Part shown: piece by piece, positions 19,131-28,906 of the stretch | Position numbering within the stretch: position 1 is the stretch's first letter | Layout of the letters: every line of letters starts with the position of its first letter | Notes under the pieces: generated by a model | Seen by the model: the letters and a program-made list of their open reading frames with translations, nothing else | What the model was told of the DNA's origin: nothing | The model's database searches: none | Position numbers and translations under genes: made by a program | Assembly (NCBI GenBank): GCA_963781885.1 | Contig: CAWAHW010000002.1 | Location: 1,088,001 to 1,152,000, forward strand | Direction: 5' to 3' | Length of the DNA: 64,000 nt | Origin: an uncultured Spirochaetota bacterium | GTDB lineage: Bacteria; Spirochaetota; Spirochaetia; SZUA-6; Fen-1364

Positions 19131-20285
19131 GTGAAAAAAACGCTTCGGATTTTCGGCATCATCCTGGGGCTCGTCGTCCCCGCGCTGCTCGCAATGGGCG
19201 CCGACAAGCCGGTGAAGCTCAGCATCATCGACGTCGCGGGCAACCTGCAGCTCTCCAAGCCCGCCATTGAGGCATTCAAGACTGCCAACCCGCAGCTGGT
19301 CTCGGACATCGAGTACATCATCCTGACGGCGCCCGAGCTCGTGGCGAAGATCAAGGCCCAGCAGATGGCCGGCAACCTTGACACCACGATGGTGCTCACG
19401 GGCTACGACGGCATGGCGGCGGGCAAGGAACAGGGCGTGTGGGTTCAGCTCATGCCCAAGTACAAGGACGTGTTCCAGAAGTCGATCGACAACTACGTGA
19501 CCGGCGCGAAGGCGGCCTACGACCTGTTCGGCGGCTACGGGATCACCTACGTGTTCTGCCCCGGCGGGCCGATGTTCACGTACAATCCCGACAAGGTGCC
19601 CAACCCGCCCAAGACGGCCGCGGACCTCCTGGCATGGGCGAAGGCGAACCCCGGCAAGTTCCTCTATGCGCGGCCGGCGAACTCGGGACCGGGTCGCGCG
19701 TTCCTGCAGGGTCTGCCGTTCATCCTCGGGGACACGAACCCCAAGGACCCGGCCACCTGGGACAAGACGTGGGCGTATCTGAAGGAAATGGACAATTACG
19801 TCGACTACTATCCGTCGGGCACGGGCATCACGTACAAGGAGCTCGCGGAAGGCACGCGGTGGATCATCGCCAGCCATCTCGGCTGGGACATGAACCAGCG
19901 CATCCTTGCCACCATTCCCCCCAATTACCAGGCATTCTTCCTTGACAAGACCACCTGGGTCAATGACAGCCAGTTCATCGTGGTGCCAAAGGGCCTGGAC
20001 CCGGCGCGCGAGAAGGCAACCATCGCGCTCATGGCGTGGCTCATGGAACCGGCCCAGCAGGCAATTACCTACGACAACGGGTACTTCTACCCGGGACCCG
20101 CCATCAAGGGCGTTCCCCTGAGCGCGGCGCCGCAGGCGAACCAGAATGCCATCAAGGCCTTCGTGCGCCAGGCGTATGAAGACGCCATCGTCAAGCTTCC
20201 CAACACGACGCAGCTCGATGCGAAACCGCTCGTCGCTGCATTCGACATGTGGGACAAGCTTGTCGGATCGAAGATCAAGAAATAG
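19131..20285 (+). CDS. ABC transporter solute-binding protein (PotD/AfuA-like)
   Basis: GTG start after GAGGAG; signal peptide; YNPDKVPNPPKT.ADLLAWAKANPGKF.Y motif. Confidence 0.88.
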   Translation: MKKTLRIFGIILGLVVPALLAMGADKPVKLSIIDVAGNLQLSKPAIEAFKTANPQLVSDIEYIILTAPELVAKIKAQQMAGNLDTTMVLTGYDGMAAGKEQGVWVQLMPKYKDVFQKSIDNYVTGAKAAYDLFGGYGITYVFCPGGPMFTYNPDKVPNPPKTAADLLAWAKANPGKFLYARPANSGPGRAFLQGLPFILGDTNPKDPATWDKTWAYLKEMDNYVDYYPSGTGITYKELAEGTRWIIASHLGWDMNQRILATIPPNYQAFFLDKTTWVNDSQFIVVPKGLDPAREKATIALMAWLMEPAQQAITYDNGYFYPGPAIKGVPLSAAPQANQNAIKAFVRQAYEDAIVKLPNTTQLDAKPLVAAFDMWDKLVGSKIKK

Positions 20286-20362
20286 GATTGTGAGGATCGG
20301 CGGACGCCGGCAGGACGGCCGGCGCCCGCAATCCCGCTCAGGTTGAGGTGAGGGAAGAGCCT

Positions 20363-21493
20363 ATGAAAGAGTTTCGCCAATTCTCGATCAGGAACCTGAC
20401 AAAGGAGTATGACGGCAAGACCGCGTTGTCCGATTTCTCCCTTGAGATCGGTCATGGGGAGTTCGTCACGTTCCTGGGCCCGTCGGGATGCGGAAAGTCG
20501 ACGGCGCTGAACTGCATCGCCGGCCTCATCCCCCTCACGGGCGGGGGCATCTATATCGACGACGAATGCGTGGACGACGCGGCAACGAAGATCCCGCCGG
20601 AAAAGCGCGAGTTCGGCATGGTGTTCCAGAACTACGCCCTCTTCCCGCACCTCACCGTGTTCCAGAACGTCGCCTTCGGGCTCCATCTCCGCCGGGCGCC
20701 GAAGGCCGTCATCGAAGAGAAGGTCGCCGCGGCGCTGAAGCTGGTCCACCTCGAGGGCCACGAGCAGAAGTATCCCACGCAGATGTCGGGCGGGGAGCAG
20801 CAGCGCGTGGCCATCGCGCGGTGCATCGTGCTGGAGCCGCGCCTGCTCATGCTCGACGAGCCGCTGTCCAACCTGGATGCGAAGCTGCGCGGGGAGATGC
20901 GCAACGAGATCCTTTCGCTCCACACGCGGCTGCGCGTGACGACGATCTACGTCACGCACGACCAGCAGGAGGCGCTCGCCCTCTCTGACCGGATCGTCGT
21001 CATGCGCCTGGGCCGCATCCAGCAGGTGGGAACGCCGGTGGAGATATATTCGGATCCCGCGAATCTGTTCGTCGCGAACTTCATGGGCTTCAAGAACATC
21101 TGGCAGGCGGAGCTCCAGTCCCTCACGAGAAGCGATTCCGGGCTCGATGCGACCGTCACCCTGGACGGCATCTCGCTGCGGGCGCGGCTGCACTACAAGC
21201 CGGGCGATCCCCGGCGGACGCGGCTGGAGGATGCCTTTGCCGGCGCGAAGAAGGTGTGGACGGCGATTCGCCCGGAGGACATCGACGTCGGCGCGCGCGA
21301 GGGGGGGAATCACCTCCAGTCGAACGTGATCCTCGTGGAGTACCAGGGCCAGACGAGTCTCGTGAGCGCCATGCTGGGGCGCGACATGCTCCTGGAGCTG
21401 CGGCCGGCGGCGAAGATGAGCGTCGGGGACACCGTGAAGCTGAGCGTCGACCCGCAAAAGGTGTTTCTTTTCGCGGACACCAGGGAGGACTGA
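20363..21493 (+). CDS. ABC transporter ATP-binding protein (PotA-like)
   Basis: GPSGCGKS, FQNYALFPH, MSGGEQQR, DEPLSNLD and YVTHDQ motifs. Confidence 0.95.
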   Translation: MKEFRQFSIRNLTKEYDGKTALSDFSLEIGHGEFVTFLGPSGCGKSTALNCIAGLIPLTGGGIYIDDECVDDAATKIPPEKREFGMVFQNYALFPHLTVFQNVAFGLHLRRAPKAVIEEKVAAALKLVHLEGHEQKYPTQMSGGEQQRVAIARCIVLEPRLLMLDEPLSNLDAKLRGEMRNEILSLHTRLRVTTIYVTHDQQEALALSDRIVVMRLGRIQQVGTPVEIYSDPANLFVANFMGFKNIWQAELQSLTRSDSGLDATVTLDGISLRARLHYKPGDPRRTRLEDAFAGAKKVWTAIRPEDIDVGAREGGNHLQSNVILVEYQGQTSLVSAMLGRDMLLELRPAAKMSVGDTVKLSVDPQKVFLFADTRED

Positions 21494-21497
21494 CGTC

Positions 21498-22355
21498 ATG
21501 CGCAAAGGCTCGTGGCGAGGCACGTTCCTCCTGCTCCTCCCGGCGACGACCTTCGTCGCGCTGCTCTTCGTCTACCCGTTCATCTACGGGCTGATCCTGA
21601 GCCTCACGGACGCGTCGGGCGCATTCACCGGCCAGAACTTCGTGCACTTCTTCAGCGACTGGTGGGAGAGGCGCACGATCGGGGTCACGCTGTGGATCTC
21701 CCTGCCGGCGACCCTCATCAACGTGATCCTCGCGATCCCGTTTGCCTACTACATGCGCCACGGCAAGCGCGGGGAGAAGATCATCACCTTCTTCCTGATC
21801 ATGCCGCTCACCCTGGGGACGGTGCTCGTCTCCGAAGGCATGCTGACATTCATGGGGCCCAACGGGTGGCTCAACCACTTCATCATGTTCCTGGGCATCG
21901 TGCACCAGCCGGTGCGCTTCACGCACAACTACCTCGGGGTGCTCCTGTCGCTCGTGATCCAGGGCTTTCCGTTCGCCTTCCTCATGATCCTCGGCTACGT
22001 GTCGGGCATCAATCCGGACCTCGAGAAGGCCAGCCAGATGCTGGGAGCGAACAAGCTGCAGACATTCATCCGCGTGCTTTTCCCGCTCATGGTGCCGGGC
22101 ATCGCGATCTGCTTCTGCCTGAACTTCGTGATGGCCTTCTCCGTCTTCCCGTCCGCCGTGCTCCTGGGCGAGCCCTCCGGGCCGACGCGCGTCATCGCCT
22201 ACGCGGCCTACCAGTGGGCATTCGAGAAATTCGATTTCAACATGGCCTCGGCGATCTCCATGACAATGGCCGTCATCGAGCTGCTCGTCATCTCCGTCGT
22301 CCTCGTCTGGCGGAACACGACGTATCGCGGCGCTTCCATGGTGGGAAAGGGTTAA
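21498..22355 (+). CDS. ABC transporter permease (PotB-like)
   Basis: TM helices; LEKASQMLGA EAA-like loop. Confidence 0.9.
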   Translation: MRKGSWRGTFLLLLPATTFVALLFVYPFIYGLILSLTDASGAFTGQNFVHFFSDWWERRTIGVTLWISLPATLINVILAIPFAYYMRHGKRGEKIITFFLIMPLTLGTVLVSEGMLTFMGPNGWLNHFIMFLGIVHQPVRFTHNYLGVLLSLVIQGFPFAFLMILGYVSGINPDLEKASQMLGANKLQTFIRVLFPLMVPGIAICFCLNFVMAFSVFPSAVLLGEPSGPTRVIAYAAYQWAFEKFDFNMASAISMTMAVIELLVISVVLVWRNTTYRGASMVGKG

Positions 22356-22359
22356 GCAT

Positions 22360-23178
22360 ATGCAGCTTCGAAAAGGCGTTCTCTCCAGCATCCTGTTCTA
22401 CCTCGCGATGGTGATCTTCGTCGCGATCGTCCTGGGAATCCTGCTCACCGTGGTCCTGAACTCCGTCTCCAAGGGTTGGTACACGGGGGCGCTGCCGAAG
22501 TACCTGACCGGCGAATGGTACACGTACGTGGCGTCGGAGCACGACATCCCCCAGCTGCTCTTCGTCACCTTTGCCGTGGCCTTCTCCGTCGTCGTGATTG
22601 CCATCCTGATCGCTTTCCCGGCCGCCTACGCGCTGAGCCGCCGCGAGTTCAAGGGGAAGAACGTGCTCCTGTCGCTCTTCCTCCTGCCGATGATCGTCCC
22701 GCCGATGACCTACGGCATCCCGCTGGCGGTCATGCTGTACAAGACCCACCTCGCCACGCGCCTCAGCGGCGTGATCCTGTCGAATCTCGTGCCCATCGTG
22801 CCGTTCGTGATCCTCGTCCTCATGCCCTTCATCGAGCAGGTGGGCGTGAACCTGGAATCCGCCGCGAAAATGCTCGGCGCCCGGCGCCTCACGGTCTTCC
22901 GCAAGATCCTCATCCCGCTCACGCTGCCGGGCATCCTCACCGCGGGGATCCTCTCCATCGTCCGCACGATCTCCATGTTCGAGCTCACCTATCTGGTGGC
23001 AGGCGGGAAGACGCAGACGATCGTCACGGCGCTGTACTCCGATGCCTATGCGGCCGGCGCGCGGCCGCCCCAGGCGGTGGACGCGCTTGCCGTCATCTAC
23101 TTCCTGACGACCATGGTGTGCCTGCTCGTGGCTCTCCGGTTCGTGAGCCCCACACAGATGGTGTTCAAGATCAAATAG
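22360..23178 (+). CDS. ABC transporter permease (PotC-like)
   Basis: TM helices; LESAAKMLGA loop. Confidence 0.9.
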   Translation: MQLRKGVLSSILFYLAMVIFVAIVLGILLTVVLNSVSKGWYTGALPKYLTGEWYTYVASEHDIPQLLFVTFAVAFSVVVIAILIAFPAAYALSRREFKGKNVLLSLFLLPMIVPPMTYGIPLAVMLYKTHLATRLSGVILSNLVPIVPFVILVLMPFIEQVGVNLESAAKMLGARRLTVFRKILIPLTLPGILTAGILSIVRTISMFELTYLVAGGKTQTIVTALYSDAYAAGARPPQAVDALAVIYFLTTMVCLLVALRFVSPTQMVFKIK

Positions 23179-23295
23179 GGTGTTCTGCAGCCTGGATCGA
23201 CGTGACGGGTAACACCGGGCGGGTCGAGCGAAGGTGCATCTCAAGAATGGCGGCTGTAACGACGGCCGCCGCTTGAGAGTGCCAGAGGCAGGGTC

Positions 23296-23388
23296 TTACT
23301 TCTTCTTGCTTCTGTTCTTGCCCTTTTTCCCCCGGCTTTTCTTGCGCATCTTGAGGCTCCATGTCTTGTTCCAGCTCACCTTGGCCAT
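23296..23388 (-). CDS. 30-aa Lys/Arg-rich small protein MAKVSWNKTWSLKMRKKSRGKKGKNRSKKK
   Basis: ATG 5 nt after AGGAGG; TAA stop; host-like codon usage; below the ORF track cut-off. Confidence 0.65.
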   Translation of the reverse strand: MAKVSWNKTWSLKMRKKSRGKKGKNRSKKK

Positions 23389-23519
23389 GCGGCCCTCCTG
23401 TCGTGAAGTGCGTGCATCCTACCGTAAGCGCCCAACCCTTGACAAGAGCCGGTCCGGGAGGCTATACGTAGCCGTCGCCGTTTCTTTTCGGCAGTACGTG
23501 GCCCTGCGGCGGCGCGAGT

Positions 23520-23591
<72 letters not shown>

Positions 23592-23673
23592 GAGGGGCTG
23601 GCGGCGTGCGGTGGACCGCATGGGGCCGGCCCGTTTTTCAGGAGGAACCCGATCAGGCCGATCCGTCGCTGTC

Positions 23674-25132
23674 ATGAAGGCAACCGTGGCTGAAGCGTCG
23701 CGTCTCACCGGCGCAATCGACGGCCTGCGGGTCCATCTCGTCGGCATCAAGGGAACCGGCATGGCGGCGCTCGCGGAGGTTTTGCGGGCCCGGGGCGCGC
23801 GCGTGAGCGGCAGCGACACGACGGAGAAGTTCTACACCGACGCGGTCCTCCAGCGCCTGGGCATTCCCTTCCGCGAAGGCTTTGCCGCCGGGAATCTGCC
23901 TGCCGACGTCGACCTTGTCGTCCATTCCGCCGCCTACCGCCGCGAAGAGAATCCCGAGCTCGTCGCCGCAGCGGGGAAGGGAATACCCCTTCTCCTGTAC
24001 CCCGAGGCGCTGGGCGCCCTGTCTCTCTCTTCTGACGCAAGCGGAATAAGCGGCGTGCACGGCAAATCGACGACAACCGCGATGTGCGGCATCATCGCGC
24101 GGGAGTGGGCGCTTCCCGCGACGGTGCTCGTCGGCGCAGAGGTCCCTGGCTTCGGCTGCAGGTCGACCCTGGTGCAGGGTGACCGGTACCTCGTTGCCGA
24201 AACCTGTGAATACCGCCGTCATTTCCTGTACTTCCATCCCCGGCGCATCGTCATCACCAGCATCGAGCCCGATCACCTGGACTACTTCCGTGACCTGGAG
24301 GACATGCTGCAGGCATTCGATGAGTACGGCAGCCTTGTTGCCCCGTCGGGGGCCGTGGTCTTCTGCCACGACGACCCCGGCGCGCGTGAAGCGGCGCGAA
24401 GAATTGGGGCCCGGCGGGCCGATCTGGCGATGATCCCCTATGGACGGAGCGCGACTGGAGCCTTTCGCATCGATGACGAGCCTCCTTCCGCCGGGGCGAG
24501 CGGGTTTCGGCTCTCTGGAAGCGATACGGTGTTCACGCTGCAGGTGCCGGGCCGGCGACAATGTCCTCAATGCCGCAGCCGCCCTTGCCCTTTGCAGCCT
24601 GCTCTGGAAGGACGAACGGGCGAAAGAGCCGGTGGACTTCCCGGGCGCGGCGCGGGCCCTTTCGGGATTTCGGGGCAGCCGCAGGCGGAGCGAGATCGTC
24701 GGTGAGGCCGGCGGCGTGCTTTTCATGGACGACTACGCGCATCACCCGACCGCCATCGAAAAAACTCTGGCGGGCATCCGTGAGTTCCACCCGGATCGAA
24801 GGCTGATAGTCGATTTCATGTCGCATACCTATTCCCGGACACAGGCGCTGCTTGCCGATTTCGCGCGCTGCTTTGCGCCGGCGGACAAGGTCTGGCTGCA
24901 TCGCATCTACGCCTCCGCCCGCGAGCAGAACGCGTCCGGCATCAGCGGGGCGGACCTCGCCCGCGAGGTGTCCCGGCATCACGGCGACGTCGTCTACATC
25001 GAAGAGCCGGCGGACGCGATTCCCCTGATCGCGGGCGACCTGCGGGTCGGAGACCTGTTTGTCACGATGGGGGCGGGGGACAACTGGAAAATCGGGCGCG
25101 AGCTCCTGCGTCTGAGAGAGGGAGCACAATGA
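23674..25132 (+). CDS. murC: UDP-N-acetylmuramate--L-alanine ligase, apparent extra G at 24557
   Basis: GIKGTGM, GVHGKSTTT, ETCEY, DHLD and DDYAHHPT motifs; deleting G24557 restores PGRHNVLNA. Confidence 0.93.
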
Positions 25133-25995
25133 CGAGCATGACCGGCTTCGGCCACGGCGAGCATCGGGACAGCAGGGTGCAGATGGTGCTGGAGATACGC
25201 TCGTACAACAACCGCTATCTCGAGCTCTTCATCAACCTGCCCTACAGCATGAAGCAGCTCGAGCCGCTGGTCCGGGAGTACCTGTCGGCGCGCATCCAGC
25301 GCGGCAAGGTGGAGTTCTATCTCTCCGTCACGGAGCTGGAAGACGCGAGCGACGTCGTGGTGGACCACGCGCGGGTGAGGACGTACATGACGGCCCTCGA
25401 CGAGCTGCGCCGCGCGTCAGGTCTGAAGGAACGGCCGAGCCTTTCGCAATTGATGAACCTCGAGGGAGTCCTGAAAACCGTGAGCAGGAAGGACCCCGAG
25501 GCGCTCTGGGGCCTCGTCACGCCGCTCCTGGACAAGGTATTCGCCGACTTCGACTCCTCCCGTGCCGTGGAAGGCAGAAAGACCGAGGCGGATATCAGGA
25601 AATGCGCCGCACAGATCCACGCGAGCCTTGCAGTGATCGAAACGCACGTGCCCGAGATCGAGGCGAAGATCAGGACCGGACTGGCGGAAAGGTTTCGCGA
25701 GCTGCTCGGCGAGGGGGTGGACGAATCGCGCATCATGGCCGAGACTGCCGTCCAGCTCATGCGGGCCGACATCAACGAGGAGGTGCAGCGCATGAAGGCG
25801 CACCTGGAGAGTCTCGATGACGCGCTGGGGCGGCAGGGACCCCAGGGGAAGCGGCTGGACTTCGTCTGCCAGGAACTGGGCAGGGAGATCAACACCATCG
25901 GGTCGAAGAGCATGCTGCTGGAGATCGACCAGGCCGTGATCGCGGTGAAGGACAGCCTTGAAAAGGTCAGGGAGCAGCTCCGCAATGTCGAATAG
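25129..25995 (+). CDS. yicC: YicC/YloC family endoribonuclease
   Basis: SMTGFG, RGKV, DINEEV.R and GKRLDF..QE..REINTIGSK motifs. Confidence 0.92.
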   Translation: MTSMTGFGHGEHRDSRVQMVLEIRSYNNRYLELFINLPYSMKQLEPLVREYLSARIQRGKVEFYLSVTELEDASDVVVDHARVRTYMTALDELRRASGLKERPSLSQLMNLEGVLKTVSRKDPEALWGLVTPLLDKVFADFDSSRAVEGRKTEADIRKCAAQIHASLAVIETHVPEIEAKIRTGLAERFRELLGEGVDESRIMAETAVQLMRADINEEVQRMKAHLESLDDALGRQGPQGKRLDFVCQELGREINTIGSKSMLLEIDQAVIAVKDSLEKVREQLRNVE

Positions 25996-26539
25996 CCCCG
26001 CACCGGTCCCGCGCCTGCGCATCGCCATATCGGGCAAGAGCGGCTGCGGCAACTCGACGGTCTCCCGGCTCGTTGCCGCCCGGCTGGGACTGCGGATGGT
26101 GAACTACACCTTCAAGGACCTTGCCCGCGACAAGGGGATGAGCTTCGAGGAGATCTGCGTGAAGGCGGAGGAGGATCCGCAGTACGATCTCACGATCGAC
26201 CGCATGCAGGTGCAGCTCGCCGAGCAGGGCGGCTGCGTGCTGGGCTCACGCCTGGCGATATGGCTGCTGCGCGACACTGCCTTCACGGTCTACCTGAATG
26301 CCCCCATCCAGGTGCGCGCGGCGCGCATCGCGCAGCGGGAGGGCAAGGACATCGCCGTCGCTATGCGGGAAACCGTGGAGAGGGACAACCGCGATCACGA
26401 CCGCTACGCGCGCCTTTACGGCTACGACGTGAACCGCTACGATTTTGCCGCCCTGGTGGTGGACGCGGAGTCGCTCGGGCAGGAAGCCGTGGCGCAGGAG
26501 ATCGTGGACCATGCCGCCGAGATGAACGCGCACCGCTAG
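25985..26539 (+). CDS. cmk: Cytidylate kinase (spirochaete/archaeal type)
   Basis: IAISGKSGCGNST P-loop, GSRLA, RD..D..RY..LYG. Confidence 0.8.
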   Translation: MSNSPAPVPRLRIAISGKSGCGNSTVSRLVAARLGLRMVNYTFKDLARDKGMSFEEICVKAEEDPQYDLTIDRMQVQLAEQGGCVLGSRLAIWLLRDTAFTVYLNAPIQVRAARIAQREGKDIAVAMRETVERDNRDHDRYARLYGYDVNRYDFAALVVDAESLGQEAVAQEIVDHAAEMNAHR

Positions 26540-26632
26540 CACGGCCACGTGGTCCGTGGCATTTCGGCCGGGAGCTCGCGGCCACCGATTGCGCTTGTAT
26601 TGTCGCAGGAAACCTGCTATTCTTTATCCACC

Positions 26633-26827
26633 ATGGTATTACCTCTCGCTCTCCTGGAAAGCTTCCAGGGAAACATTTATGAAATGACCTGCGCGGCAAT
26701 GAAGCGCGGAATCCAGATCAATCTCGCGGGCGACGACGAGCTGGAAGCGAACAGGGGAAAAATCGTGTCCACGGCGCTGAAGCAGATCCTCACGCAGAAG
26801 GTCAGGTATCGGCACCCGGAGGCCTGA
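26633..26827 (+). CDS. rpoZ: RNA polymerase omega subunit
   Basis: 64 aa with GNIYEMTCAA and K.VSTAL; lies between cmk and miaA. Confidence 0.8.
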   Translation: MVLPLALLESFQGNIYEMTCAAMKRGIQINLAGDDELEANRGKIVSTALKQILTQKVRYRHPEA

Positions 26828-27737
26828 CGAAACACCTCCCGTCATCGTTCTCTTCGGACCCACGGCTGTCGGCAAATCGGATCTGCTCGTCTCTCTCCTG
26901 GATGACCGCTTCGAGCTCATCAGCGCGGATTCCATGCAGGTCTACCGTCACATGGACATCGGCACGGCAAAGCCGTCCGCGGCCAATCGCGCGCAGCTTC
27001 CGCATCACCTCGTCGACGTGGCGGAGCCGTCCGAGCAGTATAACGTCGGCAGGTTCGTGATGGAGGCGGAGGCCCTGCTGCCGTCCATCCGCGAGCGCGG
27101 TCACGTGCCGGTGGTGGCGGGCGGCACGGCATTCTACATCACGAGCTTCCTTTTCGGTCTTCCCGAGGCGCCGCCGGTAACTGCCGCGACCCGGGAGCGC
27201 TTTCGCGCCGTTGAAAAGGGGCAGGGGCCCGAGGTCCTCTTCCGCATGCTCGCGGAACGCGACCCCGAGGCGGCGGCGCGCATCCAGAGGAACGACCGCT
27301 ACAGGATTGCCCGTGCGCTTGAGGTCATCGAGGACACCGGTCGATCCCTTTTTTCGTTTCGTTGGCCCCGCGCCGTGCGGCAGGACATGCGCTTTCTCAT
27401 CATCGGGCTGGAGAGGCCGCGAGCAGAGATCTACCGGAGGATCGACGAAAGGGTGCGGCGCATGTTCGAGGCAGGGCTTCTCGCGGAAGCGACGATGCTC
27501 CTGGAAAGAGGCTTCGGACCGTCAGCCCCCGGGATGCGGGGGATCGGCTATCGGGAGCTGCTGCGGATGCGCAATGGCTGCCAAACGCTCGCCGAGGTGG
27601 AGGCGAGCATCGCCGCGTCGACGCGGCGCTACGCGAAGCGTCAGCTCACGTTCTTTCGCTCGGTTCCCGGAGTGCTTTGGACGAGCCCGGACGACCCCGA
27701 GGCGCTGCGGCGCCGTATCGACGGCTTCCTTGCGTGA
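26820..27737 (+). CDS. miaA: tRNA dimethylallyltransferase; no canonical start codon in this assembly
   Basis: In-frame GPTAVGKS upstream of SADSMQVY.HMDIGTAKP; GGTAFY, RALEV and YAKRQ.TF motifs. Confidence 0.93.
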   Translation, partial: RPDETPPVIVLFGPTAVGKSDLLVSLLDDRFELISADSMQVYRHMDIGTAKPSAANRAQLPHHLVDVAEPSEQYNVGRFVMEAEALLPSIRERGHVPVVAGGTAFYITSFLFGLPEAPPVTAATRERFRAVEKGQGPEVLFRMLAERDPEAAARIQRNDRYRIARALEVIEDTGRSLFSFRWPRAVRQDMRFLIIGLERPRAEIYRRIDERVRRMFEAGLLAEATMLLERGFGPSAPGMRGIGYRELLRMRNGCQTLAEVEASIAASTRRYAKRQLTFFRSVPGVLWTSPDDPEALRRRIDGFLA

Positions 27738-27873
27738 CACGACCCCGGTCAAGCACTTGACCTTTGCGCGGGAAATCCGCATAGTCACTGTCTGGCATTG
27801 CGCGCCACGACAACTGCGTGGATGTGCGGCGCAATGGGCGAGCTTATACAAATAACCGAAAGGAGTAGGCGCT

Positions 27874-27969
27874 GTGCCTTGCGGCAGGAAACGGAAGCGA
27901 CACAAGATTGCAACTCATAAAAGGAAGAAGAAGCTGAGGGCCAACCGGCATAAGAAGAAGCTGCGGTAG
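27874..27969 (+). CDS. 30S ribosomal protein bS22 (AURKAIP1/COX24-like)
   Basis: GTG start after AAGGAG; MPCGRKRKRHKIATHKRKKKLRANRHKKKLR fits the bS22 pattern; missing from the ORF track. Confidence 0.88.
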   Translation: MPCGRKRKRHKIATHKRKKKLRANRHKKKLR

Positions 27970-28044
27970 CGCGGCCTCCGGAGAGCAAATGCCACGAAAC
28001 TGCACGGAGTGCCGTGCAAGATACCGTGGCCGAGGAGAGGGACG

Positions 28045-28830
28045 GTGAAAGCTGCACGGGTCATTCTGCCTGTCCTGCTTTTTGCCGCGATCGTGCCGGC
28101 AGGGGCGGAGAGTCTGTGGACTCCCGATTTCAAGGGTTACCTGTCCGGCAGCAAGGGTCTGGCCGTGGGCGATGCCCTGGTTGTCCAGATCGACGCCTCC
28201 TCCTCGCTCTCTTTCTCATCCTCCAGCAACGATTCGAAGAATCTCACACTCGAGTTCACCGGCGGCGACGCCGGTAACTTGTTCTCATTTCTTCCTCAAG
28301 TGCGCACGGGCGGCGCGCTGAGCACGACGGGTAAGGACTCCCTCAGCCTGAAGACGCAGGTCCCCGTTGTCGTGACAGCCATCAATCCTGACGGAACGGC
28401 CCAGGTCCAGGGCTCGAGGACCGTCGCCATCCAGGGGAAGAATGAATCGATCACCATTGCGGGATCCGTCTCACCGAGCCTCCTCGACCAGCAGGGCGTG
28501 GTCAATTTCAACAAGCTTGCAAACGCGCGGCTCACCTACACCACGTTCCTCGCCTCGGCCAAGGATATCCTGAGCGCCGCCGATCTCCAGACCCTGCTGG
28601 CCCCTGCCGCGGCGGCTGGCGCCGCAACGACGGCCGCTGCCCCGGCCGCCGCGGCAGCGGGAAATGCTGCCAAGCCTGCGGCACCCGCGGCTGCGGCTGG
28701 AGCAACGCCAGCGACGGCTGCCGCCGCCACGACCCCCGCCCAGACGGGCCTTGCCATTCCCGATGCGCGCAAAAAAGAGCTCCTGCTCTTGTATCTGAAC
28801 CGGCTCATCGACATCGTATTCAACCAGTAG
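28045..28830 (+). CDS. flgH: FlgH (flagellar L-ring)-like exported protein
   Basis: A-ESLW start, VGD.LVV.I, V.V..INPDG...VQGSR.V.I.G..E.I.I.G.V and LANA.L.Y pattern. Confidence 0.6.
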   Translation: MKAARVILPVLLFAAIVPAGAESLWTPDFKGYLSGSKGLAVGDALVVQIDASSSLSFSSSSNDSKNLTLEFTGGDAGNLFSFLPQVRTGGALSTTGKDSLSLKTQVPVVVTAINPDGTAQVQGSRTVAIQGKNESITIAGSVSPSLLDQQGVVNFNKLANARLTYTTFLASAKDILSAADLQTLLAPAAAAGAATTAAAPAAAAAGNAAKPAAPAAAAGATPATAAAATTPAQTGLAIPDARKKELLLLYLNRLIDIVFNQ

Positions 28831-28906
28831 CTGCACCTGCCCGCGGGCGACGGGCAAAACTTGGTCTGGCTTGACCTTGCATGAAGCCCATTTTAGAATC
28901 CAGGCC

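Noticed and set aside
24540-24570. Programmed frameshifting in murC, priA, rsmA or mtaB
   Set aside because: No slippery heptamers seen and no precedent known to me; single-base error is simpler
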